NCBI GenBank assembly: GCA_035650735.1
Contig: DASRGZ010000201.1
Coordinates: forward strand, 1 to 34,001
Origin: Chthonomonadaceae bacterium
GTDB lineage: Bacteria; Armatimonadota; Chthonomonadetes; Chthonomonadales; Chthonomonadaceae
Reading direction: 5' to 3'
DNA length: 34,001 bases
Shown: positions 17,096 to 27,400 of the stretch, piece by piece
Layout of the letters: every line of letters begins with the position of its first letter
How positions within the stretch are numbered: position 1 is the first letter of the stretch
Made by a program: the position numbers and the translations under genes
The notes under the pieces: generated by a model
Seen by the model: the letters and a program-made list of their open reading frames with translations, nothing else
Database searches by the model: none
What the model was told of the DNA's origin: nothing

Positions 17096-19516
17096 TTGTC
17101 CCTCGCGCGTCTTCTCCCTTGCCGACCGGCCCGGTTTCTGATGACGGTCGCCGCGATCCCGAGAACGTTTATGGATCGAACGCTTGCACCCACAACAGCG
17201 CCGAAGCTTCTGCTAAAAGTACGGACTGCCGCTCCCTTCTGGCTGTGCCTGCTGTTGAGCCTGTGGTTTGTGGCCGATAGCGTGCGCGACCCGCTGCTTG
17301 GCATCGCGGGAGCCGTTCCGCTGCTTCCGGCCCTGCTGATGATCGGCCTGGCGTTCGCCCTGCTGCTTCTGCGCGGGGACGAGGCTCCGGCCTGCCTGCT
17401 CGCCCTCTACATGAGCACCTTAGCAGTGTTGGCGCGCGATAACACTGCTGGCATCCTGGAGCCCTTCCTGACACGCCGGGATCTGCTCGATCTGGGGGTC
17501 AACTACCGCGCCGTGCATATCGTCTGGACGCTGGCGCTGGGAGGCGTGCCGCTCTACTTCGGCTGGATCTACACGGAACAGGACCGGGTGGAGCGCCCCC
17601 CGCTGGTCAAGCACCTTGTAACCCTGTGTCTGTTTCTGTGCAGTGGACTAGGAACGGTGGCCTGTGGGCTCCTGGCCCTGCACAGCCAGCATAGCCCGAT
17701 CCCGCTCGACAACATCACGCGCAACCTGCCTTCCCCGTACCACCGGCTGCTCATCTATGCGGCCCCCATGCTGCTGGCCCAGCACGCCGCCGCCTTCTGG
17801 CTGCTGCTGCGTCACTATCGGCGCTGGGGTGAGGCGCGCAACCACGCCCTGGTTCTGGTATTCGGCCTGGCGCTGCTGTTTGTCGCCAGCGTGATTATCA
17901 ACGATACGCTGGCCCGGCTCGAAACCTGTGTGCTATCCAACCTGGCGGCTTCGGCGGTCGCGTTGATGCTGGTCTCCGCCCTGGAAAGACATGCCTTGTT
18001 CGACATCCGCATTTTTATTCGGCGCACCGTCCAGTACGCGCTGGCGCGGCAAACGTTGAACCTGCTGACCCTCGCGCCCATCGTGGTTCTGGCGTTTCTG
18101 TGGGGCCTCTGGTTACAGCACGACCCAGCGCAGCCCGTGCAGATGTTCCGCGACGGGCTGTTTCACAACGGCGCGGCGCTCTGCCTGGGGACCAGCCTGT
18201 TTTTCGGCGTGATGCTGGTTTTGCGCGCGCCCCTGCTGCGCCACTTCGACCGGGCCTACTTCCGCGAGATCTACGACGCGCAGCAGGTGCTAGGCGAGGT
18301 AGGCCGCTCGCTATTGGGAGTCACCGACCCTCGCATTATTGCCCGCGCCACGCTGGAGGGCATCGACTCGGTGCTGCACCCGGTCAACGCCATGCTGCTC
18401 TGCGAGGAGGGCGGCCATGTGGCCTGCCTGGCCCAGCGCAACTACTCCGGTTACCGTCCGCCGCTCTGGCCCGACCCAGCGCTGCTGGCGGTGGATCAGA
18501 TCCGGGAGGTGGGCACGTTGCAGCGCCCCTCCACCTCCCGACGTGTCTCATGGACCGATACCCTGCCCGCCCCGGCCCGCGCTCTGCTGGAAGAGGCCCA
18601 GATCCGGCTGATCGTGCCTCTGCGCGAGGAGGACAAGACGACCGGTGTGCTGCTGCTGGGCGAGAAGGCTTCCGGCATGGTCTACTCGCCCGAGGATATC
18701 GAGATACTGCGCGCCCTGGCGTCCCAGACGGCGCTGGCGATGCAGAGCGCGCGCCTCAACCGCGAGTTCCTGCGGCGCAGCACCTCTGAGCTCAAGGCCG
18801 GTTCCGTCGGCTTTGTGGAGCTGGTGGAGCGGGAGCGGCGCCTGCTCGCCGCCGATCTGCATGACCAGACGCTGCCGGAGCTGCGCTGCCTGCTGGCCGA
18901 TCTGCAAAGCCTGGCCGATACCCACGACGATCTCCAGGCGGCGGGATGTTCCGGCCCGGAGCAGATGGCCGAGCACCTGCGCCAGACGATAGAGAACATC
19001 CGCGATATTATGGAGAGCCTGCGGCCTTCGGCGCTGGAGATGCTGGGCCTGCTGCCCGCGCTGGAGAACGAGCTGCGTAAGGCGACCGCGCGCTCCCGCC
19101 CGCCGCTGGTGCCGCAGTTCCAGGTGCTGGAGGAGACCCGACCGCAACTGAGCGCGTTCGCGGAGATGTCGGTCTTCCGGATCGTTCAGGAGGCGGTCAA
19201 CAATGCCTGTCGGCACGCCGGGGCGAGCAAGGTGCGCGTTCAGATCGGGGTGGAGGACGCCGAATGGGTGGTGCGCGTGGATGACGACGGCATCGGCCTC
19301 TCGGCGCTCAAAAAAGACGAGGCGGAAGGCGAGCGGCGCCTGCCGGATGCGGGGCACGCGCCCCCTCCGGGCGAGGAGCGCCGTCGCGGGCGCGGCCTGG
19401 ACAACATGCAGTACCGCGCCAGCCTGATCGGGGCGCGCATCGCCTGGGGCGTGCCGGATTGGGGCCAGGGCACCAGCGTGGGGCTGCGCCTGCCCCTGCA
19501 CCCTCCGGCATCTTGA
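17096..19516 (+). CDS. Membrane sensor histidine kinase (multi-TM + GAF + HisKA_3 + HATPase); start uncertain
   Basis: Many TM segments; HALFDIRIFIRRT; GAF (LIVPL..GVLLLGEKASGMVYSPEDIEILRALA); H-box ERRLLAADLHD; N-box QEAVNNACRHA; DDDGIG; GRGLDNM. Confidence 0.92.
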   Translation: MSLARLLPCRPARFLMTVAAIPRTFMDRTLAPTTAPKLLLKVRTAAPFWLCLLLSLWFVADSVRDPLLGIAGAVPLLPALLMIGLAFALLLLRGDEAPACLLALYMSTLAVLARDNTAGILEPFLTRRDLLDLGVNYRAVHIVWTLALGGVPLYFGWIYTEQDRVERPPLVKHLVTLCLFLCSGLGTVACGLLALHSQHSPIPLDNITRNLPSPYHRLLIYAAPMLLAQHAAAFWLLLRHYRRWGEARNHALVLVFGLALLFVASVIINDTLARLETCVLSNLAASAVALMLVSALERHALFDIRIFIRRTVQYALARQTLNLLTLAPIVVLAFLWGLWLQHDPAQPVQMFRDGLFHNGAALCLGTSLFFGVMLVLRAPLLRHFDRAYFREIYDAQQVLGEVGRSLLGVTDPRIIARATLEGIDSVLHPVNAMLLCEEGGHVACLAQRNYSGYRPPLWPDPALLAVDQIREVGTLQRPSTSRRVSWTDTLPAPARALLEEAQIRLIVPLREEDKTTGVLLLGEKASGMVYSPEDIEILRALASQTALAMQSARLNREFLRRSTSELKAGSVGFVELVERERRLLAADLHDQTLPELRCLLADLQSLADTHDDLQAAGCSGPEQMAEHLRQTIENIRDIMESLRPSALEMLGLLPALENELRKATARSRPPLVPQFQVLEETRPQLSAFAEMSVFRIVQEAVNNACRHAGASKVRVQIGVEDAEWVVRVDDDGIGLSALKKDEAEGERRLPDAGHAPPPGEERRRGRGLDNMQYRASLIGARIAWGVPDWGQGTSVGLRLPLHPPAS

Positions 19517-19596
19517 TTCTTTACGGCAATGCGAGGCTCCTGCCGCCTGCCTCTTCTCGCCTGGATGTCGAGCTGCACCCCCGGCGCCCCGGTTCG

Positions 19597-20532
19597 TTAC
19601 GGCAGCGTGTCGGTTTCCAGGTTGAGCCAGCGCATCTCCGCGGGCGTGAGGGTCACTTCCAGCGCGGGCAGGCTGGCATAGAACTCTTCTATGGCGCGCG
19701 GCCCGAAGAGCGCAAAGACGGGGAACGGCTGGTTGAGCACGTAGGCCAGGGCAATGTTGTTGGCGGTACAGCCCTTCTTCTCGGCCAGCGCGCGGGCACG
19801 ACGCAGGCGCTCCCAGTTGCCCTCGTTGTAGTAGACGCGCACGATGTCGGCGTTCTCGCGGTTTTCCGGTGTATAGCGCCCGGTGAAGAAGCCGCTGGCC
19901 TGCGCCGACCAGGGAAACAGCGGGAACTGATGCTCCTGGTGCCATCGCTTTCCCTCCTCATCCAGGGCCAGGCACCCACTCCACATCGGCTCATTGATAT
20001 GGGCCAGGCTAAGGTGGGGGCTATTGACGGAAAATCCTTGCAGGCCGTGCGCGGCGGCGTAGTCGTTGGCCTCCTGGATGCGGGCGGTCGTCCAGTTCGA
20101 CCCGCCGAAGATGCGGATGCGCCCGGCCTCTTTGAGTGCGTTCAGGCACTCCACGAGCGGCCCGACGGGAACGTTGGGGTCGTCGCGGTGCAGCAGGTAG
20201 ATATCTACGTAATCGGTCTGGAGCTTTTCGAGGCTGGTGGCGAGGTCTTGCTCAATCGCCTGCGGGTTGACGCGCGGCCCGCTGCTATCCTGGTGCGCTC
20301 CCTTCGTCAGCACGAGGAACTGTTCCCGGTTGCCCCGCTCCTTGAAATACTGTCCGAGGGCCTCCTCGCTGGAGCCGTAGACGCGCGCCGAATCAATGCA
20401 GTTGCCGCCGACGCTTAGCCAGGCGTCGAGAAGCTGGCGGGTCAAATCCATTGTGTTGGTCTGGCAGACCATCGTGCCCAGCACAAGCCGCGAAACGGGT
20501 TGAGTCAGCCCCTCAATCTGTCCGTATTGCAT
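19597..20532 (-). CDS. Aldo/keto reductase
   Basis: SRLVLGT, IDSARVYG, LTKG, DYVDIYLLHRDD, GGSNW; GAGGAG RBS. Confidence 0.93.
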   Translation of the reverse strand: MQYGQIEGLTQPVSRLVLGTMVCQTNTMDLTRQLLDAWLSVGGNCIDSARVYGSSEEALGQYFKERGNREQFLVLTKGAHQDSSGPRVNPQAIEQDLATSLEKLQTDYVDIYLLHRDDPNVPVGPLVECLNALKEAGRIRIFGGSNWTTARIQEANDYAAAHGLQGFSVNSPHLSLAHINEPMWSGCLALDEEGKRWHQEHQFPLFPWSAQASGFFTGRYTPENRENADIVRVYYNEGNWERLRRARALAEKKGCTANNIALAYVLNQPFPVFALFGPRAIEEFYASLPALEVTLTPAEMRWLNLETDTLP

Positions 20533-20665
20533 ATATGCTCCTCATCGAAAGAATTTGCGTCTTTTTCGGTTTGCTTGCAGGCGACATTTCCAGATCGGCG
20601 CGGGCTTGTCCTGCATGACAACTAAATGTTCAGGGGTCGTTCCATTTTCGCCCGCAACCGAATAT

Positions 20666-21002
20666 GGAAGAACCTTGCCCGGATCACCGGGTCTTTCCGT
20701 TTTCCCTGTACTCGCCGCCGGGCACGGAAAGTACCCGGCTATGGGGCCTAACGGCCAGGCGTCCTGGCGGACGCGCCTGTCCCGCAGGAGTTTCCGTCCG
20801 GGAGGACGGTTGGCGGCGCAGCCGCCCTCTAGCCGGGTATTTTCAATGCCCGGCTAGGACCGGGGTTTTCACCCCCCGGCTCCAGGGCCTGCGGCCAAGC
20901 GACTGCAAGGGACGCCGCTCAACGGTTCGCGGCTCGGCCTTGCGACTGGCGGACGCCAAAAACGCAAAAACACTGAGAACGGAACGACCCTGCCCGGATC
21001 AC
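20666..21002. repeat. Cluster of three family B elements (20718-20774 +, 20794-20853 -, 20860-20956 +) bracketed by a 22-bp direct repeat
   Basis: GGAAGAACCTTGCCCGGATCAC (20666-20687) and GGAACGACCCTGCCCGGATCAC (20981-21002); each B copy shows three successive hairpins. Confidence 0.75.
20902..20946 (+). mobile_element. Family C 45-nt mini-element inserted in a family B hairpin
   Basis: ACTGCAAGGGACGCCGCTCAACGGTTCGCGGCTCGGCCTTGCGAC interrupts GCG|..TGGCGGACGC; the intact form GCGTCCTGGCGGACGC is at 20759-20774. Confidence 0.6.
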
Positions 21003-21077
21003 ATACGAAGAGGATTCCGGGCGCTCTATGCCGAAAAAACACGTTGCAACCATCGCATTAGCCGCTTTCAATAGCTT

Positions 21078-22823
21078 ATGCGGCTGTTCGCTTTATTGGA
21101 GAAGTCATCGTTGAAATTGTGCAAATCTATCCTGCTGGGAGTGCCTTTCCTGGCTCTGGCCGCTTTGTTCCTTGTCGCGTGGAATGGGTGTGGACGCGCG
21201 ACCTCTGCCCAGCCGCCGGTCGCCGAGGTAACCAATGTTACGGGAACCGCCGCGCCGAAAGCCGGCGGCGGGCTGTTCTCCGACGTTACGGACGCTGCCG
21301 GCCTTCATTATCAGTGGCAGATCGCGGGCAAGCGCCCCTTGAACATCCTCCAGACCATCGGCAACGGCTGTGCCTTCCTGGATTATGATAACGACGGCTT
21401 CCTCGATATCCTACTGGTCGGGCCGAAACTGGCCCTCTACAAAGGCGACGGCAAAGGTCACTTCGCCGACGTGACGGCGGCTGTCGGGCTGGAGAAGTTC
21501 TCCGGTCACTTCCTGGGCTGCGCGGTGGGCGACTATGATAACGACGGCTATGATGACGTCTACATCACGGCCTACCGAGGCGGTTTGCTGCTGCATAACG
21601 AGCACGGCAAAGGCTTTCGGGATGTGAGCCAACAGGCCGGCATTCCGCCGCAGCGCTGGGGCACCTCCGCCAGCTTTGCCGATGTGGATGGCGATGGCAG
21701 GCTCGACCTCTACATCTGCAACTATGTTCAGTTTGGGCCTAAGACAGACCCGCAGCTGTGTAACTACAGCGGCCACATGAGCTCCTGCGGCCCGCGCTTC
21801 TACCAGCCCGAGAAAGGCGTTCTCTACCATAACGAGGGCGGAGGCCGGTTCCGGGACGTCACCCAGCTCGGGAACGCTGGCGGCAAGAACGTCTCCGGCA
21901 AGGGGTTGGGCGTTGCCATTGCCGACTTCGAGGGCAACGGGCGCCAGGGCATCGCCATCGCCAACGACGAGGTTGCCGGCGACTTGCTCCAGAACCTCGG
22001 CGGCAAGTTCAAGAACATCGGCGCGACCTCCGGCACGGCCTACGACAACGCGGGCAACGTCCACGGCGGCATGGGCATTGATTGGGGCGACTACAACAAC
22101 GACGGCAAGCTCGATCTGGCCGTGGCCACCTTCCAGCACGAGCCCAAATGCATCTATCGCAACGAGGGCGGCGGCTTCTTTACCGAAAGCTCCGCCGAGC
22201 TGGCGCTGGCCGACCGCACCGGGCCGTATGTGGCCTTCGGCTGCAAGTTCCTGGACTATGATAACGACGGCTGGCTCGACCTGGCCATTGCCAACGGCCA
22301 TGTGCAGGACAACATCGCCGACATTGACAAAAGCGCCGCCTATAAGCAGGCCGCGCAGCTTTTCCACAACGTGGGCGGCAAGAGTTATGAGGACGTGAGC
22401 GCCCAGGCAGGCTCCGGTTTCCAGAAGCCGATTGTGGGGCGGGGACTGGCTATCGGCGACTACGATAACGATGGCCGCGTGGATATCCTGTTGGTGGATA
22501 GCGAGGGCACGCCCATTCTGCTGCACAACGAGACGCCCAACGCCGGCCACTGGCTCTCCTGCAAGCTGGTCGGCACAAAGAGCAACCGCGACGGCATCGG
22601 CGCGCTCCTGACGGTGGAGGCTGGGGGTCAGAAGCTCTATCGCCGCTGTGCCACCGATGGCTCCTATATGTCCGCCTCCGACCGCCGCGTGCATCTGGGT
22701 CTGGGCAGCGCCACCTCCGCGACCATCACCGTGCGCTGGCCGAGCGGAACGACCACGACCTACAAAAACGTCCGCGCCGACCGCGTCATCACGCTTCAGG
22801 AGGGCGCTTCCGAACTCCGCTGA
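21078..22823 (+). CDS. CRTAC1-family protein (FG-GAP/VCBS repeats + ASPIC/UnbV), probably an exported lipoprotein
   Basis: Repeated DYDNDGxxD motifs; C-terminal GTKSNRDGIGA..GSYMS..VHLGLG..VRWPSG; hydrophobic signal ending WNGC. Start may be TTG 21111. Confidence 0.92.
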   Translation: MRLFALLEKSSLKLCKSILLGVPFLALAALFLVAWNGCGRATSAQPPVAEVTNVTGTAAPKAGGGLFSDVTDAAGLHYQWQIAGKRPLNILQTIGNGCAFLDYDNDGFLDILLVGPKLALYKGDGKGHFADVTAAVGLEKFSGHFLGCAVGDYDNDGYDDVYITAYRGGLLLHNEHGKGFRDVSQQAGIPPQRWGTSASFADVDGDGRLDLYICNYVQFGPKTDPQLCNYSGHMSSCGPRFYQPEKGVLYHNEGGGRFRDVTQLGNAGGKNVSGKGLGVAIADFEGNGRQGIAIANDEVAGDLLQNLGGKFKNIGATSGTAYDNAGNVHGGMGIDWGDYNNDGKLDLAVATFQHEPKCIYRNEGGGFFTESSAELALADRTGPYVAFGCKFLDYDNDGWLDLAIANGHVQDNIADIDKSAAYKQAAQLFHNVGGKSYEDVSAQAGSGFQKPIVGRGLAIGDYDNDGRVDILLVDSEGTPILLHNETPNAGHWLSCKLVGTKSNRDGIGALLTVEAGGQKLYRRCATDGSYMSASDRRVHLGLGSATSATITVRWPSGTTTTYKNVRADRVITLQEGASELR

Positions 22824-22828
22824 TCGGA

Positions 22829-22911
22829 CAAGGCAATCGCAAACTGATCTCATCCCAGGGATGCTCTTCTGCCTGGATGAGAAGGCAAAAGCGTTTCCTG
22901 CGATTGCCCTG
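22829..22911. terminator. Long interrupted hairpin between convergent genes
   Basis: GGCAATCGCA (22832-22841)/TGCGATTGCC (22899-22908) enclose TCTCATCC(C)AGG/CCTGGATGAGA. Confidence 0.45.
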
Positions 22912-22924
22912 CCTGGGAACCGAT

Positions 22925-24337
22925 TCATGCGGACAGGCGATTCAGATGCCTTTGAAGATTGCCCAGCCCATCATAGGCCGCGTATTTATAGGAGTCGGCC
23001 AGGGTCGGATAGTTGTAGACGGCTTCGATGAAGGCGTCAATCGTGCCCCCGATAGCCATGACGTGTGCGCCGATGTGGATCAGTTCCGAGGCTAACTCGC
23101 CGATCATGTGCGCGCCCAACAGCTTCTTGTCCTCCGGCGAGAAGACCAGCTTGAGCATCCCGTTCAGGTCCCCGATGATCTGGCCGCGCGGGTTTCGCGC
23201 GTAATACGAGCGCCCGACGAGGTAGGGAATGTTCTGCTGGCGGCAAACATCCTCCGATTGCCCGACCATCGCGATCTCCGGAATCGCATACACCGTGAGA
23301 GGGAGGATCGGGGAGACGCGCTCCTTGTACTTGAGGTCGAAGGCGTGCACCATCGCCACGCGCGCCTGTTCCATAGAGGTAGATGCCAGCGCCGGAAAGC
23401 CGATCACGTCTCCGGCGGCGTAGATATTGGGCACGCTGGTCTGGTACTTCTCGTTGACCAGAATCAGCCCACGCTCTCCCAACCGCACGCCAATCTCTTC
23501 CAACCCCAATCCCTGCACAGCGCTCTGCCGCCCGGCGGCGATCAGGGCGATATCGGCCTCCAACCTTTCTCCGCTGCGCAGAGTTAACTCCACGCGCTCC
23601 GCGCCTGTCTTGACCTCCGCCGCCCGCTCGTTGAAAATAAAGCGCAGCCCCAGGCCCTCCAGGTGATCCTGCAATCGGACGGCGATCTCGCTATCTACAA
23701 AAGGCAAGACCCGGTCCCGGCTATCTACCAGGGTTACCTGAATATCCAGGGCTGTGAAGATGCTGGCATACTCGGTACCGATCACGCCCCCGCCCACAAC
23801 CACCATCGTTTTCGGGATGAACTGCATGTGGAGGATGGAGTCGGAGTCGTAGATGCGAAAATTATCCAAGGGTATTTCCGGGGGATGATAGGGAGATGAT
23901 CCGGTGGCGATGAGGATGATGTCGGTATGCAGATCGCACGTCGTGCCATCCGGCAGGCGCACCTGAACCGTGTGGGCGTCCTTCAGTGCCGCCTCGCCCT
24001 GGATAAGCTCGATTCCGTGCCGATCCAGATTGCGCTGGATGAGCGCCCATTCGTTCTCAATCACAATCTGCTTGCGATAGAGCAAGTCATGGACGGTCAG
24101 GCCCTCCCGGAGCGAGTAATCAATGCCGTAGAGGCCGCGCTGGCGCAGCCCGGAGAAGTAGAGCGCCGTCTCGCGCAGGGTCTTCGAGGGAACGGTGCCT
24201 GAGTTGATGCAGGCCCCTCCGAGGTAAGGGCAGCGTTCCACTAACGCTACCCTTTTGCCGAAATAGGCGGCCTGGGCCGCTCCCTTTTCCCCCGCCGGGC
24301 CTGATCCGATGACGATAAGATCGTGGTGCTCTTCCAT
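22925..24337 (-). CDS. sthA: Soluble (Si-specific) NAD(P)+ transhydrogenase
   Basis: MEEHHDLIVIGSGPAGEKGAAQAAYFGKRV; GGACINSGTVPSKTLRE (single Cys, CxxxxT); GFPALASTSMEQAR; NYPTL..YKYAAYDGL. Start moved to ATG 24337. Confidence 0.92.
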   Translation of the reverse strand: MEEHHDLIVIGSGPAGEKGAAQAAYFGKRVALVERCPYLGGACINSGTVPSKTLRETALYFSGLRQRGLYGIDYSLREGLTVHDLLYRKQIVIENEWALIQRNLDRHGIELIQGEAALKDAHTVQVRLPDGTTCDLHTDIILIATGSSPYHPPEIPLDNFRIYDSDSILHMQFIPKTMVVVGGGVIGTEYASIFTALDIQVTLVDSRDRVLPFVDSEIAVRLQDHLEGLGLRFIFNERAAEVKTGAERVELTLRSGERLEADIALIAAGRQSAVQGLGLEEIGVRLGERGLILVNEKYQTSVPNIYAAGDVIGFPALASTSMEQARVAMVHAFDLKYKERVSPILPLTVYAIPEIAMVGQSEDVCRQQNIPYLVGRSYYARNPRGQIIGDLNGMLKLVFSPEDKKLLGAHMIGELASELIHIGAHVMAIGGTIDAFIEAVYNYPTLADSYKYAAYDGLGNLQRHLNRLSA

Positions 24338-24453
24338 GACGTGACCTCGGTTCGTGCCAGGGTTCTTTGCTGCCGCTGCGAGATACTGCCTTCTTCGACA
24401 GCCAAAACTGAGTTCCTGCGTGATGGAAGAGGTATTTCTTGCGGGCATGGAGG

Positions 24454-27400
24454 CTAGCGCCATGCCTGCCATGCCTGCCATTGCGCGGTGAGGATGGCCG
24501 CCCACTTCCGCATCACCTCGCGGTGCGTCAGCAGGTAGAATCCAACCACGAACAGCCCCACGCCAATCAGCAACGCCGCCAGCGTTCCGATCTCCTCCGG
24601 CAGATGTCCCTCGATTGTGGAGGCCGCGAACGCCGCCGTAAACGCCAGCCCCGCGTACACGAACGCTCGGATACGCTGCCCAATGCCCCAGAGTACCGCC
24701 GCCAGGCACTCCACCAGCAGCAATACCGTATGCCAGGGGACGTCGCCATACCGATAGGCCAGGAACGCCGGCGTCAGAATCACCAGCAGGCCCGTCCACC
24801 AGAACGACTGCGCCTGCTCCGAGGTCTGCCGGTGTCCCTCCCGGTGCCCGATCAGGATCAGATACAGGCCGACCGGCAGCAGGTAGAGGTCGAGCGTCTG
24901 CACGTCCGGGCCGAAATGGTCGTAGAGGATCAGCCCCCAGGCCGCCAGCAGGTTCCAGATTCCGGCGTGCAGCCAGCCCTCGTGGTTCTCCAGCAGCCAT
25001 AGCCCGAAGCAGATCGCGCCCGCCCAGGCCAGCGTCAGGATCGACCAGCTTCCCTCGCCGGGCGTCCGCGCCGCCAGCACGCCGACGACCGCGCTGAAGA
25101 GGCCGAGCCATCCGCTGAGATTCAGGAGCGGCCCCGCCAGGTCGGAGCGCTGCCAGCGGCGGTGGACATGCCAGCCGACGAGGAACCAGAAGACCCCCGA
25201 TTGCGCAGCCAGGAACGCAAAGCGCGGCCAGGAGAGCGGCGCCAGGTCGGGATGCGGGTACAACAGCGGCGTGCGCGTCAGCAGATGGTGCAGGTAGGCG
25301 CCGGTCAGCGTGAGGGCGCCGAGGGCAACCGTCTCCGGCGTGCGCCGGGCAACGGCGAGGGCCGCATACGCCGCGCCGTAGGCGGCCAGCGTCAGGGTGA
25401 TCAGGCCGGGCATGGCGGCATGGGAAGGCGCCAGCAGGCCGTCTCCGTGTCCGGCGGACCAGAACAGCGCCAGCACCGACACCGCCAGGCCCGTCCGGCG
25501 CAGCGGCTCACCGAAGAGCGCGTCCTCCGCGCTGTCGAGCGCAAACCGCATTCCGGCGGCGTACAGAGCAATGAGCAGCGGCAGCAGCATGAGCGCGTGC
25601 CACTGCGCTGGCAGCGGCCAGGCCAGCTCCGCCGCGCGCAGGTAGCTGCCGATCAGCGTGAGCGCGCCGGCATAGGTGAACTCAGCCCGCCCGCTCCAGC
25701 GGGCCGTCTGTCCGTAGCACCAGGCCAGCGCCGTGCCCCCGACGACCCAGAGCGCATCGGCCAGCCCCGCATCGAGCGCGGACAGGCGCGGCGATCCCCG
25801 CCAGCCGAGGAACAGCGCATAGCCGCCCACGAGCGGCAGCCAGGAGAGTCGCGCGAACTCCGCCCGCTCCAGCCAGCGCGCGGCACCCAGATAGATCGCG
25901 GCTGCCGCCAGCGCGCAGAACGACCAGGCCGGGACGGCCAGCGGCGTAGATGGCGAGAGGATATATGCCTCCCAGAGAGCGCCTATTCCCCCCGCGATCT
26001 GCCCACAGACCACCGGCGGCACAGCCCACTCCGCCCAGGGCGAAGGAAGAGGCGCCTTGCCCTTCGCGGCGGCGGGCCGGGACGCAAACGCCAGCGCCGC
26101 CAGGAGGCACAGGGCCACGCCGTAGAGCAGCAGCGCCAGCGGGTAGGCGCCGGTCGGGGCGTGCGCCCAGGCCAGCCCACTCACCAGCGCCAGGCCCCAG
26201 GTCGCCAGCGCGCCATAGAGGTCATCCGGCTGGCGATCCCACCACGCAAAGAGGGCGTAGAAAGCGCCGCAAAGGGCCGCAAGCAGCGCGTTCTCGCCGA
26301 ACGCCTGCCCGTGCTGGCCCCGGGCACCCAGAGTCCACAGATCGACGGCGCGGCCCCAGATAACGAGCGTCGCCGCCACCACGCTGAGCAGAGCCACCTG
26401 TCGGTAAGCCGCCGCCAGTTCCGCAGCGCTGGAGGAGGCCGCCGCGCGCTTGCCGTTGAACGCAGCCAGCCCTAGCGCCGCCGCGCTCAGCGCCAGCAGA
26501 AGCATACCGAAGCCGTCCCAGGCGTACTCCGTGTGCGCCGATATCCAGAGGACGCCGCTTCCCGTCAGGAACCCGCCGGAAACGTAGACCATGCGGCCCT
26601 CGCCCAGGCTCTGCGCCCCGGCGGCATAGATCAGGCCAGCCAGCAGCGCCACCAGGGCTAGCTCCTCCTGATGCCCCGCGCCCTGTAGCATCGCGTTCAG
26701 CGCGGAGAAGGCCACAGCTGTCGTCGCCACCAGGTGCGCCCAAAGCAGCCAGGCTGACGCCCACGGATTGCCCTCCGCCGCAGGCTTGGCTTGCTCGGCG
26801 CCGCGCGCCCGCCAGGCCGCACCCAGGCACAGCGCGGCGTACAGCAGGTAGGCCCCACCAAACAGCAGCAAAGGCTGCGGGCGGAAATCGTTCGGGGGCG
26901 CACTCCAGCGCAGGGCTTGCAGGGCGGCATAGAGGGTCGTCAGCGCGCCCACCTGAAACAGATGCAGGTAGGGCACCTCGCGCCAGCGCAGCAGCAGCGC
27001 GCCCGCCATCGCCGTCGCCGCAAGGCTGGATGCCAGCAGTACCTGCCGGGTCGGCAGCGCGAAGAGCCAGTACTTGTTGATGGCGATCAGGTCCAAGGCG
27101 ACCAGCGCGGCGGCCACGCCGTGATAGACGAACGCGGCCCAGGGGTTTTCCCGGCGGGTCTTCTGCCCGAACAGCCAGAACAGAACGGCCAGCCCAAGCG
27201 GCACCACCGGGATCAGGCGCACCGCCAGGAGATCCATCCAGTCCCAGGCAAGCATGCTGCGCACCGCGACGAGCACCAGCACGGTCGCCAGGGCAAAGAG
27301 CGCCTTGAGGGCGTGCTCCTGGAAGAATTCGCCCAGGCCCGGGGAGAGCGGCGCGGCGGACGGTGGAGCGCTGCCTGCGCCGCTACCTCCGGCAGCGGCA

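Noticed and set aside
24338..25111. N-terminal extension of the 728-aa ORF containing sthA
   Set aside because: Overlaps the 1099-aa gene in another frame; SthA similarity begins at ATG 24337, which has its own RBS.
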